Assembly (NCBI GenBank): GCA_963783885.1
Contig: CAWAPJ010000025.1
Span: forward strand, 1-64,000
Direction: 5' to 3'
Origin: Waddliaceae bacterium
Lineage (GTDB): Bacteria; Chlamydiota; Chlamydiia; Chlamydiales; SLFE01
Length of the DNA stretch: 64,000 nt
Below, piece by piece: positions 45,924 to 55,531 of this stretch. The notes below the pieces were generated by a model. The model was not told the DNA's origin. It searched no databases and worked only from the letters and a program-made list of their open reading frames with translations. Position 1 is the first letter of the stretch, and each line of letters begins with the position of its first letter. The position numbers and the translations under genes were made by a program.

Positions 45924-46819
45924 ATGTTTTGCCTATAGTTTTTTCTATTCTGATGCTTCTTTCGATTATGACCTACAGCCAGCTGCAGACATTTTTGCTT
46001 CGAAGCCAAATTCGTTTGGAATATACCTGCTATCTGGAAAACCGTTCCCGAAATTCTGTCAACTCCCTTCAGGAAAAGCTGTACGATTCTCTCCATGTAA
46101 AAGGCAAGGGCAATGAGAATCCCTCAGAGCATGCGGCAGCTTTAGGCTCAATTAGCATCCACTGGTTTTTGGATGAACCGCGCAGCGATCAGCATTGGAG
46201 CTACCTTCAGGCAAACAGGGAAATTGTCAGAAGGCTTTTTGACATCATCTATGGAGATCGGAAATTTTATCAGGAAGCTGAAGAGAAAAGGCCCGATATC
46301 GTCAATGAAGTCTGGCAGGCGGTGATTGAAGAACTCAAGGAAAAAAAAGCGCGCAATGAAACCCCGAAGAAAATTCAGCATATCGCCAATCTCAGTCTTG
46401 AGGATCCCGAGCTGGCACATTTTTGGTCTCAGATATTGAAGTATGATGAAACACCCGAAAGCATTGAGGCGGAATGCGGCTCGAAAGAGGCAAAGGATGT
46501 TCAGAAAACGGTTTCCTATTATCCCAACCTGCTCGATTTTTTAACGAGTAAAAAGATCACATCTCAGTCCTACCGTTTGTGGCTTCTTAAAAAACCGCTC
46601 CTTTTGGCAATTTTTCAGGATGAAGGAGTTGCCAATGACATCATCAGGGAGAGGCGCTCTTTGTATAATGAACTAGACAAAGCCGAAAAGAACCAAAGAG
46701 GGGAACGTAAACAGGATCTGGAGATAAAATTCGAAACCATGTTCAAAGACAAAATTCCCCCCGATATACCCAAAGGTATGGTGAATTTTCAGGTTTCTTT
46801 GTCTTATCCTCCAAAGTAG
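45920..46819 (+). CDS. T2SS cluster protein (GspK position)
   Basis: N-terminal hydrophobic helix, ATGA overlap, last gene of the pseudopilin operon. Confidence 0.6.
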   Translation: MNVLPIVFSILMLLSIMTYSQLQTFLLRSQIRLEYTCYLENRSRNSVNSLQEKLYDSLHVKGKGNENPSEHAAALGSISIHWFLDEPRSDQHWSYLQANREIVRRLFDIIYGDRKFYQEAEEKRPDIVNEVWQAVIEELKEKKARNETPKKIQHIANLSLEDPELAHFWSQILKYDETPESIEAECGSKEAKDVQKTVSYYPNLLDFLTSKKITSQSYRLWLLKKPLLLAIFQDEGVANDIIRERRSLYNELDKAEKNQRGERKQDLEIKFETMFKDKIPPDIPKGMVNFQVSLSYPPK

Positions 46820-47538
46820 ATTGTTTGGTCATAGTGCTTGGTTAAGCATTTAATTTTTCCTCGAATCGAAAAGCATTTCATATCTGAGGCGATCAATCTT
46901 AGTAATGTGACCGGACGATAAATCATGATTGAATCGTCGTTATCGAAGATGACCGTTTCTTTGATCCAGGAAGTTCTTATCGGCTTGATCTGAAATCCCC
47001 CTGTCAGCAAGACATTGTTCCGATAGCTAACTATCAAGCTTGGATCAAATCCATCAAAAGTGAAGTCATATCGGTTGCATTTCTTTTCACCTACCGTTTT
47101 GCTAATTTGAGAATGGATGCCATTCAAAAGCATTTTTTCTTTGGATTGCTGCTTCTTGAGAACTGCTTTAGCTGATGGGATAAGTTTATGTTTTTTTCTC
47201 GGCTGTTTTGTTGTAAGGCGGATTTGAAGAAATTTTTTTTCATTATCAATGACAGAATATCCTAATGACTTAAGTATCGTTTTCATTTTTCGAATGATCT
47301 TTTCATTATAGGCTCTGGATACATTTGTCATGATGGTTAATTTGAGATCATAAGGATCTTTGGCGGCTTCCCACGTTTTATAATACTTGTCAATACGCCA
47401 TTCTTTTTGAGACCAATAAGTTTGGATCTCCTCTGCAAGAGTTATCAGTGCAAATGTCAGCAGTTGGGTTTCGCGATCATTCAATTCCTTTCCCCTCATA
47501 CTGGCATCAAGAGAATGGCATCTATTTTCTACATTCAT
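46804..47538 (-). CDS. Hypothetical basic protein
   Basis: 244-aa ORF with GGAGG SD upstream. Confidence 0.6.
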   Translation of the reverse strand: MNVENRCHSLDASMRGKELNDRETQLLTFALITLAEEIQTYWSQKEWRIDKYYKTWEAAKDPYDLKLTIMTNVSRAYNEKIIRKMKTILKSLGYSVIDNEKKFLQIRLTTKQPRKKHKLIPSAKAVLKKQQSKEKMLLNGIHSQISKTVGEKKCNRYDFTFDGFDPSLIVSYRNNVLLTGGFQIKPIRTSWIKETVIFDNDDSIMIYRPVTLLRLIASDMKCFSIRGKIKCLTKHYDQTIYFGG

Positions 47539-47683
47539 GGCTGCCTCCCTGTTATCCGAAACATAACAAATCCGGAATTTTAACCTAATTGTAAGACATC
47601 GAGAGATTTAGTGAGTTTTAAGTGGACAATATATAGAAAAAAGCGCTACCATTTTTCTTTCATAAATCAACCAAGGATATGAA

Positions 47684-48316
47684 ATGAATGTAATACGTGA
47701 AACAGTGAAATTTGCCACCCCGCCTCTGGAGCTGGTCCAAAAAGAAGTAGCTGAGCAAATCGAACTGATTTTAGAAACTGCATTTTATAATGCCGCAGTT
47801 GAAATCGGGCCTTATGCCTTAAAAGAACTCATCTATCAAGTCGATTCATATATTCAATCATTAGAAAGTAATGTCAGTAAACAATATGCATCTCTTGTTC
47901 ACGATATGATATCAAACAAAATTAAAGAAAAGATCTCTGCCAAATTGTTGGACATTGCCAATATTCTGATGCAAGATAATGGAATCATCGGCGACATGTC
48001 TCTGAAAGTCAGCAGTTACGCTTGTCATCGTTTCGCCCTGCAAAATAAAATCCACGAAAAAGTGTCATCGCTATTATCAGATTTCTTAATACCTGCTGGG
48101 GGTAAATCTTCTTCACAAAAACCGAATAGTACTCAAAAAATAGCTGCATCGATTACCGCTCAAGCGATTGTCAATGTTTTTGCCGCCAACTTGGATTCTT
48201 TTGGAAACTCTTATCAGATTAAAGATATCACCCAAGAAAGAAAAGGATGTGGAATTATGATGTATCGGGGAGCCGATGTTGTCATGAATTGTGTTTCATC
48301 CTTCTTTGACACCTAA
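47684..48316 (+). CDS. Hypothetical protein
   Basis: 210-aa ORF with AAGGA SD upstream. Confidence 0.6.
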   Translation: MNVIRETVKFATPPLELVQKEVAEQIELILETAFYNAAVEIGPYALKELIYQVDSYIQSLESNVSKQYASLVHDMISNKIKEKISAKLLDIANILMQDNGIIGDMSLKVSSYACHRFALQNKIHEKVSSLLSDFLIPAGGKSSSQKPNSTQKIAASITAQAIVNVFAANLDSFGNSYQIKDITQERKGCGIMMYRGADVVMNCVSSFFDT

Positions 48317-49001
48317 CAGTTTTATTGCAGTGAATTTGCTTGGTATGTGCAGCGGCAATTGCGTCAAATATTTTTTCGCGAATACGATGCAGCGCCGCAA
48401 GCTGTCTGCGTAATCTTTCATATAAATTCTTTTGATGATTTGTTCGAGCTTGTTGAATTTTTTCTTTAAGCAGCTTTGTATTCAATTTCTCTCTTAGGAG
48501 TTTAACGGCTTTCCTACTCTCTCCTTTGTCAATATAAAATAAACAAACCCTTTTATATAATTTATATTCAGTCATAAGGTGTTGAATTTTACTTGCTCTT
48601 TCATTTGCTTTTTCAACTTGGTTGTTCTTAAAGTAATATTCGGCAAGCTGCTCGTACAGAGGATCCCGGCGGCTGATTGGGATTTTTCCTATAATAGCCA
48701 TAGCCTTGCGAATTTCCCCCATTTTATCATACTCGACAACTTGTTCACTTAACGAAAGATTTGCTTTTACGGATCTGATGCTTTTCATGTTGAGTTCCGG
48801 CATGTAGCCAGTAATCCGAACATTGCTAGTGACTTTGTTGTTCTCAAAAATTGGATTGCCATTGATGAGTGTTATACTATTCCTTAAATGCGACTGGTTT
48901 CGGCATCCCGGTTTCAGCTGAATGCTTTTGGCTCTCGGGAAAGCATCTCGTAGGCTATTCCTACTTTCACAAGGATCATGACCTCTAAGTGATATATTCA
49001 T
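48282..49001 (-). CDS. Hypothetical protein with TPR-like helices
   Basis: ORF track gives 48282-49061; probable start ATG 49001 after AAGGT. Confidence 0.55.
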   Translation of the reverse strand: MNISLRGHDPCESRNSLRDAFPRAKSIQLKPGCRNQSHLRNSITLINGNPIFENNKVTSNVRITGYMPELNMKSIRSVKANLSLSEQVVEYDKMGEIRKAMAIIGKIPISRRDPLYEQLAEYYFKNNQVEKANERASKIQHLMTEYKLYKRVCLFYIDKGESRKAVKLLREKLNTKLLKEKIQQARTNHQKNLYERLRRQLAALHRIREKIFDAIAAAHTKQIHCNKTVRCQRRMKHNS

Positions 49002-49038
49002 AGTTACCTTGAAGTAAATTTTTTTCGAATTATGATAT

Positions 49039-50055
49039 TCAATACAAAGTTTTCTCATCAAGAGCTAACTTGGCGCACCTTTTAGCGGCATAAGTGAGGA
49101 TGAAGTCTGCACCGGCTCTTTTTATTGAAAGCAAGTGTTCCATCAGCACTTTGTCCGCATCGAGCCATCCCTTTTCCTCAGCGGCCATGACCATCGCGTA
49201 CTCTCCGCTCACATGGTAGGCGGCGATGGGAAGGTTTGTTTTCTCTCTCACTTTCGCGATGACATCCAAGTAGCTAAGCGCCGGTTTGATCAGGAGAAAA
49301 TCGGCGCCTTCTTCCTCATCCAGGGCGCTTTCAATAAGGGCTTCTCTGATGTTTGCGGGATTCATTTGGTAAGTTTTTTTGTCTCCGAATTTCAGGCTTG
49401 AACCCAGAGCGTCTCGGAAAGGGCCATAGAGCGATGAAGCATATTTTGCCGCATAGGACAAAATGCCGACGTGCGTCAGTCCTTTTGCATCCAGGCGTTT
49501 TCGGATATGGCCCACTCTTCCGTCCATCATATCGCTTGGAGCGATCACATCAGCGCCGGACTCTGCGGCGAGGACAGACATGTCCGCAAGAACCTCAAGG
49601 GTCCTATCGTTATCAATTTCCCCTTCATCGGTTGCAAGGCCGTCGTGGCCGTGATCCGTATAGGGATCGAGGGCAATATCGGCCATCAGGCACATTTCGG
49701 GTATTTCGTTTTTCAGCCTCTTCAGGGATTGCTCCAAAAGGTTTCCCTGCCGCACAGCTTCGGATCCGGAAGCATCTTTTCTTTCGTAAGGGATAACGGG
49801 GAAAAGGTCGACCGCCCGAATTCCCAGCCTGTAAAGTTCGATGGCCTCTTTCACCAGTCCGTCAAGGGAATAGCGAAAAACTCCCGGAAGAGAAGCGATT
49901 GGCTCTTTGCCCTTGGAAATTTCGGCAACAAAAAGGGGAGCGGCAAGGTTTGCCGGAATCAATACCGTTTCCTGAGTGAGGGACCTGATCGCTGTAGACC
50001 TGCGGCCTCGTCTTGGGCGGCGTATGAGAAATTCGGGAGCTGAAGTTTTAATCAT
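49039..50055 (-). CDS. hemB: Delta-aminolevulinic acid dehydratase
   Basis: DIALDPYTDHGHDG, APSDMMDGRV, YGPFRDAL and AYHVSGEYAM motifs. Confidence 0.96.
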   Translation of the reverse strand: MIKTSAPEFLIRRPRRGRRSTAIRSLTQETVLIPANLAAPLFVAEISKGKEPIASLPGVFRYSLDGLVKEAIELYRLGIRAVDLFPVIPYERKDASGSEAVRQGNLLEQSLKRLKNEIPEMCLMADIALDPYTDHGHDGLATDEGEIDNDRTLEVLADMSVLAAESGADVIAPSDMMDGRVGHIRKRLDAKGLTHVGILSYAAKYASSLYGPFRDALGSSLKFGDKKTYQMNPANIREALIESALDEEEGADFLLIKPALSYLDVIAKVREKTNLPIAAYHVSGEYAMVMAAEEKGWLDADKVLMEHLLSIKRAGADFILTYAAKRCAKLALDEKTLY

Positions 50056-50072
50056 AGTCTGTTATACTCCGA

Positions 50073-50819
50073 GTGATGATAAGTATTACCATACTAACGA
50101 AAAATAGTGAAAAGCATCTAGAAAAAGTTTTAGATGCTCTTGTCGATTTTGACGAAGTGCTGATCTACGATACCGGCTCGATTGATAAAACATTGGAGAT
50201 CGCCTCGCGGTATTCCAATACTCGGACCTTTGAAGGACCCTTCGAAGGTTTTGGAGCCACTCACAACAAAGCTTCGCAAATGGCCGGTCACGACTGGATT
50301 TTGTCGATTGACAGCGACGAGGTTCTGACTCCCGAATTAAAAGAAGAGATCTTCAATCTGCAGTTGGATCCTTTAACCGTCTACTCATTTCCCCGTAAGA
50401 ACTACTATAATGGAAAGTGGATCAAATGGTGCGGCTGGCATCCGGATCGCGTTGTTCGTTTATATAACAAAAAGAAGACAAGATTCACCTCTTCCGATGT
50501 TCATGAAAGAGTGGTTGCCGACGGGTTCAAACACTGCCTGTTAAAGGGAGCTGTTAAGCATTATCCTTACGGCGGCACGGCGGATTTCCTCTCCAAAATG
50601 CAGCATTATTCGGAATTGTTCGCGCGCCAGAACGCCGGGAAAAAAAAGGCGTCTTTTTTTAAGGCTCTCTTTCGCGGCTGGTTTGCCTTCTTTAAAAGTT
50701 TTTTTCTAAAGCGGGGATTTCTTGGGGGAAAGGAAGGTTTTATCATCTCCCTCTATAACGCCAATACCGCGTTTTACAAATACGTAAAACTTAGCGAAAC
50801 GAATCAGAGAGAATCTTGA
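50073..50819 (+). CDS. Glycosyltransferase family 2 (WaaE/KdtX-like)
   Basis: DTGSIDKT, WILSIDSDE, VHE and KRGFLGGKEG motifs. Confidence 0.85.
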   Translation: MMISITILTKNSEKHLEKVLDALVDFDEVLIYDTGSIDKTLEIASRYSNTRTFEGPFEGFGATHNKASQMAGHDWILSIDSDEVLTPELKEEIFNLQLDPLTVYSFPRKNYYNGKWIKWCGWHPDRVVRLYNKKKTRFTSSDVHERVVADGFKHCLLKGAVKHYPYGGTADFLSKMQHYSELFARQNAGKKKASFFKALFRGWFAFFKSFFLKRGFLGGKEGFIISLYNANTAFYKYVKLSETNQRES

Positions 50820-51834
50820 GTATTTTCCGGTGTCCGGAAGAGAAGGGAAGGTACCCGATCTCATCTTGGGAAGCCCAGAAATAATCTGTGTATTCGGGAG
50901 TTTCCGGGACCTGATAAACGAGAGGGGTCAGTTCGGCGCGAAACCTGGTAAAAGAGTGTTTGACTTTCGGAAGTTTCTGTTTGAACCGGGGTGTAAGGCG
51001 CCATCTGTCTTTTATGTACGTCAATGCTTCGCTTGGCTCAAGGCCTTTTTCTTCGGTTTCAATATAGGGAAATTCATGCAGGTCCTGCATGACCTTTCCT
51101 TCGGCACCTTTTTTTAGGAGTATGCAGTTCTTTGATTGAAGAATGAAAACTGTGCGGTTTAACTTTTCATACTTAATTTTCGCTGTTTTTATGGGAAATT
51201 CATTTTCCCTTCCCAGCTTATAAGCCAAGCAGTCATTTTGCAAAGGGCATTCTTGGCAATCGGGTTTTTTCCGGCAGACAGTGGCCCCCAGTTCAATGAG
51301 CGCTTCCATAGCTTCCCAGGGCCCGTCTTCGGGAAGGAGGTTCAAGACATGATTTTTTATGGCAGCATACGTCTTCGGTTTGTCGATATCATCTTCGACA
51401 GCAAAAAGGCGCGCGATAACCCGTTTGACATTGCCGTCGACTGCAGCCTCCTTCTGTTTGAAAGCAAAGCTTAAAATTGCCCCTGCTGTATAATCTCCGA
51501 TACCTGTAATTTTTAGTAGCGCGTCCTTTTTTCCGGGAAGCTCGCCACCATGTTGCCGGAGAATCATTTTGGCTCCGGCGTGAAGATTTCTGGCTCTCGA
51601 ATAATATCCTAAACCTTCCCACGTTTTAATCACCTCTTCAATCGGCGATTCGGCTAAATCTTTGACGGTTGGATAAAGAGAGATCCATCTTTCAAAGTAA
51701 GGGATGACGACCGGCGCCTGAGTTTGCTGGAGCATCACTTCAGAGATCCAGACGCGGTAGGGAGTGGGAGAAACTCTCCAGGGAAAGGCTCGTTTATTTC
51801 TTTCAAACCATTTTTTTAAATTCTCGATTTGCAT
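50791..51834 (-). CDS. mutY: A/G-specific adenine glycosylase
   Basis: WISEVMLQQTQ, WEGLGYYSRARNL, VDGNVKRV and the C-x6-C-x2-C-x5-C Fe-S motif. Confidence 0.95.
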   Translation of the reverse strand: MQIENLKKWFERNKRAFPWRVSPTPYRVWISEVMLQQTQAPVVIPYFERWISLYPTVKDLAESPIEEVIKTWEGLGYYSRARNLHAGAKMILRQHGGELPGKKDALLKITGIGDYTAGAILSFAFKQKEAAVDGNVKRVIARLFAVEDDIDKPKTYAAIKNHVLNLLPEDGPWEAMEALIELGATVCRKKPDCQECPLQNDCLAYKLGRENEFPIKTAKIKYEKLNRTVFILQSKNCILLKKGAEGKVMQDLHEFPYIETEEKGLEPSEALTYIKDRWRLTPRFKQKLPKVKHSFTRFRAELTPLVYQVPETPEYTDYFWASQDEIGYLPFSSGHRKILKILSDSFR

Positions 51835-51953
51835 AAGGTCAAATGTTAACAATTGAAGAACTTTTTTTCTAAACATATTTCTGTTTGAATTTTAAGGATA
51901 TAAACGATACTCTCGTTAGGTAGTATTCCAAAAATTATTGCGAGGTTGTGTGA

Positions 51954-54110
51954 ATGCCTTATCTTGAGGAGTTCAAAAATCGAATCCATCAAAACGACTT
52001 TCCCAGGTTCTTGCAGCTATGGGAAGAATATGCAAATGGTGAAAGTGTCCACCCTGATGAATTTAAAGAGGTCCTTGATAGGATTTTCAACTCGGATTTT
52101 GTATCAAAATTCGGACAGTATGTCGAGACAGCTCTGCCGCTTTGGTCGACAATCGAAGATAAGGAAGCTTCATATGCGATTCTCAAACGGCTGATTGATT
52201 TGCAAACCACCAACACCCCTTTTTTACAAGAATTGTCCATTAAAGCTTTGCAGGAAAAGTACGGTGAGACTCCCCAGTTCGACACACGCCTACGCCTGGT
52301 TGGCCTAAGAGGCGTGGGAAATTTCCAGGGGGCCCTTTCCAATTTCGAACTGCTTGTTCATATGAGCAAAGGGAAATTTGTTTTTCATACCGCTGGCTGG
52401 GGAACCGGGGAGATTATGGAAATTTCTCTGATAAGAGAACAGCTGGTCATTGAATTTGAAAATGTTTTGGGAAAAAGGGATCTTTCATTTGAAAACGCTT
52501 TCAAAACATTGAGGCCCTTGCCAGACGATCATTTTCTCGCGCGCCGTTTTGGGAATCCCGACAAATTTGAGGAAGAGGCCAGAAAAGATCCGACTCTGGC
52601 AGTCAAGCTCATTTTGAAAGATCTCGGCCCGAAAACAGCCTCGGAGATTAAGGACGAGCTGTGCGAACTGGTCATACCCGAAGAAGATTGGGCGAAATGG
52701 TGGCAAAGCGCCAGGCAGAAGCTCAAGAAAGACACGATGGTGGCGGTGCCCGCCAGTTTGCAGGAGCCTTTTTTCTTAAGAGATGCGGAGATTTCCCATG
52801 AAGACAGATTCCATAAAGAGATTTTTCAGGCAAAAAAGGCAGGGGATATCATTCTGGCGACCTATAATTTTGTCAGGGATTTCCCGAATATGCTTAGCAA
52901 AGACGATGTAAAATCATCGATCAGGGAAAAACTCATGGAGTTATTGAATCTCCCCGATTTGACTACCGATCAAGAAATTCAGATATTGTTATTTTTCGAA
53001 AATTTCCTCAATTCTTCTGTTAAAGAGAAACCCTTGAAAGAAGCGGTTCAATCTCTAGATAATCCCGGAAAAGTTGTTGATGATATCCAAATACTAGCTT
53101 TAAAAAAACGGCTGCTAGCAGCGATTCGCAATTTCCGGCTCGATTGGGAGGAGATCTTTTTGGATGCTCTCCTCAATATCCAACAGAATCAACTCCGCGA
53201 TTATATCTTAAAAGAACTATCTGGCAAGGATACAATCAGAAAACTCGAGCACAAATTGGAAGAACTTCTCTATCATCCCGCTAAATATCCCGAAGCTTTC
53301 GTCTGGTATTTTCAAAAGCTTGTATCGCAACCCGGCGAGCTTTTTGCCGACAAGAGCGCTCAATGCGAATTTTTGGAGGCTTTCCTTATTTTGCTGCATC
53401 AGATCGAGCAAAAATTGACATATCGGGACCTAGTGAAAAAGATGTACCATATTCTGACTAACAAACGTTTTCAGGTCGTCCGCCAGATAATTGAAGGGTC
53501 GAGTCTTGAGTTTATACAAGAATTCATTCTTCTTGTGACGAAATGTCAAACATTTAACAGCCACGACCTTAAGATAATGAGAGCTCTTGCCGAAGTGGTC
53601 CATCCTTCGATCGCCGAAGATAAAAAGCAAGCCAGGCAGGAAGAGGAGCATTTCATCTGGACAACGGAAGAGGGGTATCTAAAAACCCGGAATAGAATCG
53701 AACAGCTTGGAACTGTGGAGATTGTGGAGAACGCCCGGGAAATTGAGAAGGCAAGGTCCCTCGGAGATTTGAGAGAGAATTCCGAGTATAAATTTGCTCT
53801 GGAAAAGCGGGCACGCCTCCAGGGGGAACTGAAAATGTTGTCAGACCAATTAAATCGTGCTAGGATCATAACCAAGCAAGATATTCCCTCAAATGAGATA
53901 GGAGTAGGCACGGTCGCTGAACTGGTCAATTCCCAGGGAGAAAAGTTGACCTATACAATATTGGGTCCCTGGGATGCCGATCCCGACCGAAATATTTTGT
54001 CTTTCCAGTCCAAACTGGCCCAGGAAATGAAAGGGCTCAAAGGGGGGGACAAGTTTACTTTTCGGCACGAAATATATACTGTGTCGGGTATTGAGAGTTT
54101 TATGAAATAA
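51954..54110 (+). CDS. greA: Chlamydial-type long transcription elongation factor GreA
   Basis: C-terminal ARSLGDLRENSEY GreA motif with a ~560-aa N-terminal extension. Confidence 0.92.
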   Translation: MPYLEEFKNRIHQNDFPRFLQLWEEYANGESVHPDEFKEVLDRIFNSDFVSKFGQYVETALPLWSTIEDKEASYAILKRLIDLQTTNTPFLQELSIKALQEKYGETPQFDTRLRLVGLRGVGNFQGALSNFELLVHMSKGKFVFHTAGWGTGEIMEISLIREQLVIEFENVLGKRDLSFENAFKTLRPLPDDHFLARRFGNPDKFEEEARKDPTLAVKLILKDLGPKTASEIKDELCELVIPEEDWAKWWQSARQKLKKDTMVAVPASLQEPFFLRDAEISHEDRFHKEIFQAKKAGDIILATYNFVRDFPNMLSKDDVKSSIREKLMELLNLPDLTTDQEIQILLFFENFLNSSVKEKPLKEAVQSLDNPGKVVDDIQILALKKRLLAAIRNFRLDWEEIFLDALLNIQQNQLRDYILKELSGKDTIRKLEHKLEELLYHPAKYPEAFVWYFQKLVSQPGELFADKSAQCEFLEAFLILLHQIEQKLTYRDLVKKMYHILTNKRFQVVRQIIEGSSLEFIQEFILLVTKCQTFNSHDLKIMRALAEVVHPSIAEDKKQARQEEEHFIWTTEEGYLKTRNRIEQLGTVEIVENAREIEKARSLGDLRENSEYKFALEKRARLQGELKMLSDQLNRARIITKQDIPSNEIGVGTVAELVNSQGEKLTYTILGPWDADPDRNILSFQSKLAQEMKGLKGGDKFTFRHEIYTVSGIESFMK

Positions 54111-54119
54111 AGAGGTTTC

Positions 54120-54725
54120 ATGGAAATTGTCCTAGCCAGTCGCAATGTTCACAAAATACGTGAATTTCGCGATATGTTGAGTGCCATTCTCGGTTTGGAT
54201 GTCGACTCGCTCCTAAGCTTTCCCGATTACTCCCCTCCTTCCGAAACAGGGGAAACATTTGAAGAGAATGCCGAGATAAAGGCGGTACATGCCGCTAAGA
54301 CTTTGGATAAAATTGTTCTTGCTGATGACTCGGGACTCGTTGTCCCTATCTTGCAGGGAGCGCCCGGAGTGTATTCAAGGCGTTATGCCGGCGATGAGGC
54401 TACCGATAGGGAAAATCGGCTCAAGCTGCTGGATAACTTGAAAGGAAGAACCGGAGTCGAGCGTCAGGCGTATTTCGAGTGCTGCCTGGTCCTAGCCGGT
54501 CCCGAAGGCGTGCTGAAAAAAGCCAGGGGCCGCGTTGAGGGGTACATTGCCGAAGAGGAAAAAGGAAGAAACGGCTTTGGCTATGACATGATTTTCATCA
54601 AGCATGATTATGATAAAACATTTGGCGAGCTTAGCGAAGATGTGAAAAACCGCATTTCCCACCGCAGCAAAGCCATTTCCATGCTATCTCCCTTCTTGGA
54701 AAACCTAGCGCTCCGAGAAGTTTAA
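54120..54725 (+). CDS. rdgB: Non-canonical purine NTP pyrophosphatase (RdgB/HAM1)
   Basis: ASRNVHKIRE, ADDSGL, GAPGVYSRRYAG, GFGYD and KNRISHR motifs. Confidence 0.95.
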   Translation: MEIVLASRNVHKIREFRDMLSAILGLDVDSLLSFPDYSPPSETGETFEENAEIKAVHAAKTLDKIVLADDSGLVVPILQGAPGVYSRRYAGDEATDRENRLKLLDNLKGRTGVERQAYFECCLVLAGPEGVLKKARGRVEGYIAEEEKGRNGFGYDMIFIKHDYDKTFGELSEDVKNRISHRSKAISMLSPFLENLALREV

Positions 54726-54970
54726 GTTGATGATATTTTACTACTTTTTTTTGGCGTTGTTGCATAAATCACCACCGAGTCGGGGGTGATTCCCTTTTTT
54801 TCTTCTTGCTTCGCGCTCGCTCTTGGCAATTTATTTAGTTTTCCCTGAAAAAGTCCCTTTGACCCTGATTGCTATCTAAACCTTAGCTAGAGCTTACACG
54901 AGCGGTGGTATCGTTGCAGGACCTATTTTCTGTTTCAAAAATCTAATGCAAGAAATTCAAAATCCTTATC

Positions 54971-55531
54971 TTAACCATCTGCACGACTAAGCCGTTGAAA
55001 CCGGTGCAATTTCGTCAGACCGTAGGTTCGGATATCGAGTAAATTTAATGTTTCAAGGGATTCGGGATTGATATCGGTTCCTTCTTCAATGAAGAGAAGC
55101 CCTTCTTTGGCAAGGAGGGAGGATTGGTCGAGCGCGTGGAGGAGCTTTTCCCCGATCCCTTGGCTGTAGGGAGGATCGGCGTAGATGATGTCGAAAGTTT
55201 CGGCCCCTTCCATCTTCGAGAGATATTTTAAAACATCACCGAATATTAACCTGGTTTGATCCCGCAGAGAAAGAGCGTCGATATTTTGAAGGATGCTGCG
55301 CTTCGCCTCGCGGCTGCTTTCGATAAGTACCGCAGACTCGGCTCCCCTGCTTAAAGCTTCAAAAGACATGATGCCCGATCCGGCGAACAAGTCCAAAAAT
55401 CGGGCGTGATCAATTTTCGCCTGACAGATGTTGAAAATCGCTTCCCGGACTTTAGATGGAGTGGGTCTGGTTTTCTGTCCCTTCGGGGTGTTGATTTTTC
55501 GATTCTTGAACCGGCCGGCTGTTATTCTCAT
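54971..55531 (-). CDS. rsmD: 16S rRNA m2G966 methyltransferase
   Basis: MRITAG, TRPT, LDLFAGSG, EALSRGA and DPPY motifs. Confidence 0.93.
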   Translation of the reverse strand: MRITAGRFKNRKINTPKGQKTRPTPSKVREAIFNICQAKIDHARFLDLFAGSGIMSFEALSRGAESAVLIESSREAKRSILQNIDALSLRDQTRLIFGDVLKYLSKMEGAETFDIIYADPPYSQGIGEKLLHALDQSSLLAKEGLLFIEEGTDINPESLETLNLLDIRTYGLTKLHRFQRLSRADG

